From: Candidatus Bipolaricaulota bacterium
GTDB taxonomy: Bacteria > Bipolaricaulota > Bipolaricaulia > UBA7950 > UBA9294
DNA length: 64,000 nucleotides
Assembly: GCA_040752575.1 (NCBI GenBank)
Contig: JBFMGK010000003.1
Location: 115,794 to 179,793 of the forward strand
Direction: 5' to 3'
Below, in pieces: positions 60,213 through 64,000 of the stretch (within the stretch, counting starts at the first letter, position 1; each line of letters starts with the position of its first letter). Both the position numbers and the translations under genes were made by a program. The notes under the pieces are model-generated. The model worked only from the letters and a program-made list of their open reading frames with translations. It ran no database searches and was not told where the DNA came from.

Positions 60213-61838
60213 ATGCGTTACGACAAGGCCGGTTACGAGAAGGAATGCAGGGACTTCGTCTGGGACATCCCCGCCGACTACAACATCGTCGATGTCGTCG
60301 AGGGGCACGCGAAGAGAAACCCGAGCAAGCTCGCCATCCTGTGGGAAGATGCCGACGGCAACGCGAGAAAGATGACCTATGGTGAGCTGGTCGAGGGGAT
60401 GCGCCGGTTCGGCGACGCTCTCATGAGACTTGGGCTGAAGAAGAACGACCCGGTGATCCACATCCTACCGCGCATCCCCGAAGCCCACGTCGCTCAGCTT
60501 GGAACGTTCGTCGCCGGAGGCGTCGCGATCCCCAGTTCCGAGATGCTCAAGGAGAAGGAGATCCTCTACCGCTCTCAGGCTTCGGGGGCACGATTCATCG
60601 TCGCCGATACGTCGACCGTCGAGACGGTCGAAGCCGTGCGCGGCCAATGCCCGCTCGAGGTGTTCATCCTGATCGGCTCAACGAATCCGAGGAAGGGCTG
60701 GCTTTCGTTCGAGGATCTCGTCAAATCGGGAGATCCGAACGTGAAGAAGGTCCCGCTCGTTGCCGAGGATCCGATGACGATCAACTTCACGTCAGGCACG
60801 ACGGGCAACCCGAAGCCCGTCGTGCACAAGCACCATTGGATGTACTGCCACCACCGGATCACGGCCAAGTACTGGTACGATGCGGACGAAACCGACGTCG
60901 TCTGGGCCACGACGGCCCCGGGGTGGGCGAAGTGGTACTGGAGCCCGGTCGGCGTCTCGCTGACGACGGGCGCCACGCAACTCATCTACAACGGGCGGTT
61001 CGACGGCGAGCGATACCTTGACCTGCTCGCGAAGTACAAGGTGACGAAGCTCTGCTGCACGCCGACCGAGTACCGTCTGTTCGCCCAGCTTCCCGAGATG
61101 GGTAGGTTCAAGATCCACCTCAAGGATGCGCTCTCGGCCGGCGAGCCGCTCAACGTCGAGCCGATCGAAGCGTTCAAACGCGCCTTCGGCGTCACGATTC
61201 GGGATGGCTACGGGCAGACGGAGAGCGTTTGCCTTGTCTGCAATCTGCCGGGGATGCCCGTGAAGCCTGGGGCGATGGGCCTGCCGACCCCCGGTTCGGG
61301 GGCCGCCTTGATCGATGAGAACGGCCAGCCCGTCCAACGGGGCGAAGTCGGTGAGATCGCGATCAAGCCTGGGAACCCTATCATCTTTGACGGGTACTGG
61401 AAGTCCCCCGAACTGGACCGGGACGTCTTCTCCGGCGGATGGTACCGGACCGGAGACCTGGCCAAGGCCGACGAAGACGGGTACTTCTTCTTCGAAGGGC
61501 GCGCCGACGATGTCATGCTCACGTCGGGATACCGAATTGGGCCGTTCGAGGTCGAGGACGCCCTGGTCAGCCATCCGGCGGTCGTCGAGGCTGCCGCTGT
61601 CGCGGCACCGCACCGAGAGCGCGGCGAAATCGTCAAGGCGTTCATCGTTCTGGCCAAGGGGTACGCGCCTTCGGAGGCCCTGACCAAGGAGCTACAGGAC
61701 CACGTGAAGAACGTCGCGGCGCCGTACAAGTACCCGCGGGCGATTGAGTACGTCAGCGATTTGCCCAAGACGACAAGCGGCAAGATCAAGCGTGCCGAGC
61801 TGAAGCGCAAAGAGTGGGAGGGCTGGGACCGGCGATGA
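60213..61838 (+). CDS. AMP-forming acyl-CoA synthetase (short/medium-chain)
   Basis: FTSGTTGNPK, SAGEPLN, DGYGQTES, YRTGD, GRADD...SGYRIGPFEVE and LPKTTSGKI motifs. Confidence 0.95.
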   Translation: MRYDKAGYEKECRDFVWDIPADYNIVDVVEGHAKRNPSKLAILWEDADGNARKMTYGELVEGMRRFGDALMRLGLKKNDPVIHILPRIPEAHVAQLGTFVAGGVAIPSSEMLKEKEILYRSQASGARFIVADTSTVETVEAVRGQCPLEVFILIGSTNPRKGWLSFEDLVKSGDPNVKKVPLVAEDPMTINFTSGTTGNPKPVVHKHHWMYCHHRITAKYWYDADETDVVWATTAPGWAKWYWSPVGVSLTTGATQLIYNGRFDGERYLDLLAKYKVTKLCCTPTEYRLFAQLPEMGRFKIHLKDALSAGEPLNVEPIEAFKRAFGVTIRDGYGQTESVCLVCNLPGMPVKPGAMGLPTPGSGAALIDENGQPVQRGEVGEIAIKPGNPIIFDGYWKSPELDRDVFSGGWYRTGDLAKADEDGYFFFEGRADDVMLTSGYRIGPFEVEDALVSHPAVVEAAAVAAPHRERGEIVKAFIVLAKGYAPSEALTKELQDHVKNVAAPYKYPRAIEYVSDLPKTTSGKIKRAELKRKEWEGWDRR

Positions 61839-62677
61839 GGGCCCGGGGAGTCTCTGCGGCGTTCGCCATTTCGTTCATCCTCCTTGCGGGGTTGACGGCG
61901 CGCGCCGTGGGACTCGATTTGGGATGTGAGGTCGTGCTGATCGATCTCACCGGAGCCTACCCGAAGGTCTCGACAGCGCTCGAGGCGTCAGCCGACGTTC
62001 TCCTCGGCCTCGCCGGAGACCAGGGGACGCCGCCCAGCGAGTTGGCGGCACTGGAGACGACCTTCAACGCGGGAATCGCCAACGTGGTCGCCGCATTGGC
62101 GACCTTCCCTCGGGCGATCCCGGTCCCTCTCCTCGGCGCGGGTCTTGAGATCCCGCTCCCATGGATCGTCGTCGATGCGCTACGCCTGTCGGGAGGATGC
62201 CTCGACTCCTCTTGGGCACGATCGCTGGCCCGCGTTGCGGGCGTCGTCCTTCCCGAGCCCCTTCTCGAGCAGATCCTGCCGCTCGGCGCGGAGACGGCGA
62301 GGTTTGCCCTGGATGCCGACGCCCTCGTGTGGGCAATCGCTGCCGACGGCGTGAAGCGCTTTGACCTATGGATCGCGGCGCTCAGTCTCTCCGCCGGGTT
62401 GGGGTACTCGGCGGGAGCGCTGGCCGTCAACGTGGAGCGCGAGGTCCCTGTGGCTTGGGAGGGAGGCGTGGACTCCGCCGTCGCGGCTCTTCACCTTGCG
62501 GATCTTCGCTGGGCGGCCCTTGCAGCACGTCTAGGGGCTCGACTTGAGCTCGGACTGCCCTTCTTCCGGATCTATGCCGAGGCGCGCCTCGTGGCACCTC
62601 TTGCCGAGTGGATCGGGTGGTGGGACCTCCGGGTCGCGGGATGGGCGGGGGCGATAGGAGTGGTGATCCGTTTCTGA
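61835..62677 (+). CDS. Secreted hypothetical protein, possible outer-membrane beta-barrel
   Basis: Signal peptide, amphipathic strands and a C-terminal GWAGAIGVVIRF ending in Phe. Confidence 0.55.
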   Translation: MRARGVSAAFAISFILLAGLTARAVGLDLGCEVVLIDLTGAYPKVSTALEASADVLLGLAGDQGTPPSELAALETTFNAGIANVVAALATFPRAIPVPLLGAGLEIPLPWIVVDALRLSGGCLDSSWARSLARVAGVVLPEPLLEQILPLGAETARFALDADALVWAIAADGVKRFDLWIAALSLSAGLGYSAGALAVNVEREVPVAWEGGVDSAVAALHLADLRWAALAARLGARLELGLPFFRIYAEARLVAPLAEWIGWWDLRVAGWAGAIGVVIRF

Positions 62678-63060
62678 TGGACGATCGAGATCTCGTAAGG
62701 TTGGCGAACGAGGCGAGGCGAAACGCCTACGCCCCCTACTCGCGTTTCCCCGTCGGCGCAGCGCTCTTGTGCGCCGACGGGACGGTTGTGACGGGGGTCA
62801 ACGTCGAGAGCGCGGTCAACGGGCTCTCGCTCTGCGCCGAGCGCGTGGCGCTGTTCAAGGCGATCTCCGAGGGCAAGCGGGAGTTCGTGAAGATCGCCGT
62901 GTCCTGCGAGTCCGACCACTGCCGCCCGTGCGGGGCGTGCCGCCAGGTGCTCCACGAGCATGCACCGAAGCTCGTGGTCCTGATGGGAAACCCCGTCGGG
63001 GATTTCGTGCGGACGACGGTGGCCGAGCTTCTGCCGGACGCCTTCCGCCTCGAGGCGTGA
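62677..63060 (+). CDS. cdd: Cytidine deaminase
   Basis: AYAPYSRFPVGAAL, G.NVE, CAER and PCGACRQ motifs. Confidence 0.96.
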   Translation: MDDRDLVRLANEARRNAYAPYSRFPVGAALLCADGTVVTGVNVESAVNGLSLCAERVALFKAISEGKREFVKIAVSCESDHCRPCGACRQVLHEHAPKLVVLMGNPVGDFVRTTVAELLPDAFRLEA

Positions 63061-63097
63061 AGAGGACGGCGACCGGTGGAGCGTCCGTAGCCCGTCG

Positions 63098-64000
63098 CTA
63101 GACCAGTCCCGTAGGCGTCTCGCCCAAGATCCGTTCCACAATGAGCGGCGGCGGCGTGTGCGGCGTTCCCGACGGGTCCGTCTCGAACGCCGACTCGACG
63201 AGTCGCCGGGCCTCTGCCAAGGGTCTCTCGTCGCCCACGTGAAGCAGGACGAGCGGCTCGCCCGCGCGCACGGAGTCGCCGACCTTCTTCAGGATCTCCG
63301 CTCCCACCGCAGGGTCAATCGCGTCCTCCTTCTTGGTGCGTCCCGCGCCGAGGGCATTCGCTGCGCGTCCAATCGAGAGGGCATCGACTTTCCGTAAGAT
63401 TCCCGTGCCCTGTGCCTCCATCGCGATGCGGCGCGGGGCTTGCGGCAACCGACTAGGGTCGTCGATCACGCGCGGATCCCCTCCCTGCGCTGCGATGAGC
63501 GAACGGAACTTCTCGAGGGCGTCCCCGTTCGCGAGAAGACGGCGCAACGCCGCGAGTGCGTCCTCCCGCGTCGCCGCGCGGCCCGAGAAGAAGAGCAACT
63601 CGGCTCCGAGTTCGCAACAGAGGTCGGCGAGATCTTGCGGCCCTCTCCCCTGAAGGGTCTCGATGGCTTCGCGTACCTCGAGCGCGTTGCCGACTGCCCG
63701 CCCCAACGGCTGCGACATGTCCGTGATCACGGCCGCCATCTTGCGTCCGAGTTTCGCGCCGATCGCGACGAGCGCTTGCGCCAGACGGCGCGAGTCCTCG
63801 AGCTTTGGAAGAAACGCGCCCGATCCCGTCTTGACGTCGATCACGATGGCCTGCGCGCCTCCGGCGATCTTCTTCGACATGATCGAGGCGACGATGAGCG
63901 GGAGGGAGTCCACGGTCGCGGTGACGTCGCGCAACTCATACAGAATGCGGTCTGCGGGCACCATGTCGGCGGTGTGGTCGGCGAGCGCGCGGGGCGGAGG
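63098..64000 (-). CDS. pdp: Pyrimidine-nucleoside / thymidine phosphorylase (3' part; runs off window)
   Basis: PAD..LY.LRDVTATV.SLPLI.ASIMSKK, DVKTGSGAF, TDMSQPLG.AVGNALEV and LGAGR motifs. Confidence 0.95.
   Translation of the reverse strand, partial: PPPRALADHTADMVPADRILYELRDVTATVDSLPLIVASIMSKKIAGGAQAIVIDVKTGSGAFLPKLEDSRRLAQALVAIGAKLGRKMAAVITDMSQPLGRAVGNALEVREAIETLQGRGPQDLADLCCELGAELLFFSGRAATREDALAALRRLLANGDALEKFRSLIAAQGGDPRVIDDPSRLPQAPRRIAMEAQGTGILRKVDALSIGRAANALGAGRTKKEDAIDPAVGAEILKKVGDSVRAGEPLVLLHVGDERPLAEARRLVESAFETDPSGTPHTPPPLIVERILGETPTGLV

Overview
GC-rich bacterial chromosomal window, almost fully coding. I found no rRNA, tRNA, CRISPR array or mobile element. The gene mix suggests a deep-branching anaerobe, possibly Bipolaricaulota; this is inference and untested. 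Housekeeping genes include corA, a glyA-gcvT fusion, rpsF-ssb-rpsR, asnS, rsmI, prfB with a programmed +1 frameshift, ruvX, ruvA, yigZ, cdd and pdp. The most interesting locus is at 13.9-16.4 kb. Three tandem ~160-nt units, not called as separate ORFs in the track, each encode a 46-aa signal-peptide-like precursor with the invariant C-terminus LAIGETLKWRPGA. They are followed by a membrane-bound HD-GYP phosphodiesterase and a DUF5317-like membrane protein whose motifs resemble signal peptidase II. Together these look like a peptide-pheromone system acting on cyclic-dinucleotide (probably c-di-GMP) levels. A second candidate system (21.3-27.3 kb) is an ECF transporter operon carrying five molybdopterin-oxidoreductase-like domains, headed by an XRE-TOBE regulator with a palindromic operator; it may salvage Mo/W cofactor. 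Other notable features are a 4623-aa Cys-rich DUF11/CARDB surface protein with a divergent surface-assembly cluster, a LysW-like protein lacking EDWGE, a candidate leader-peptide attenuator and several apparently leaderless genes.
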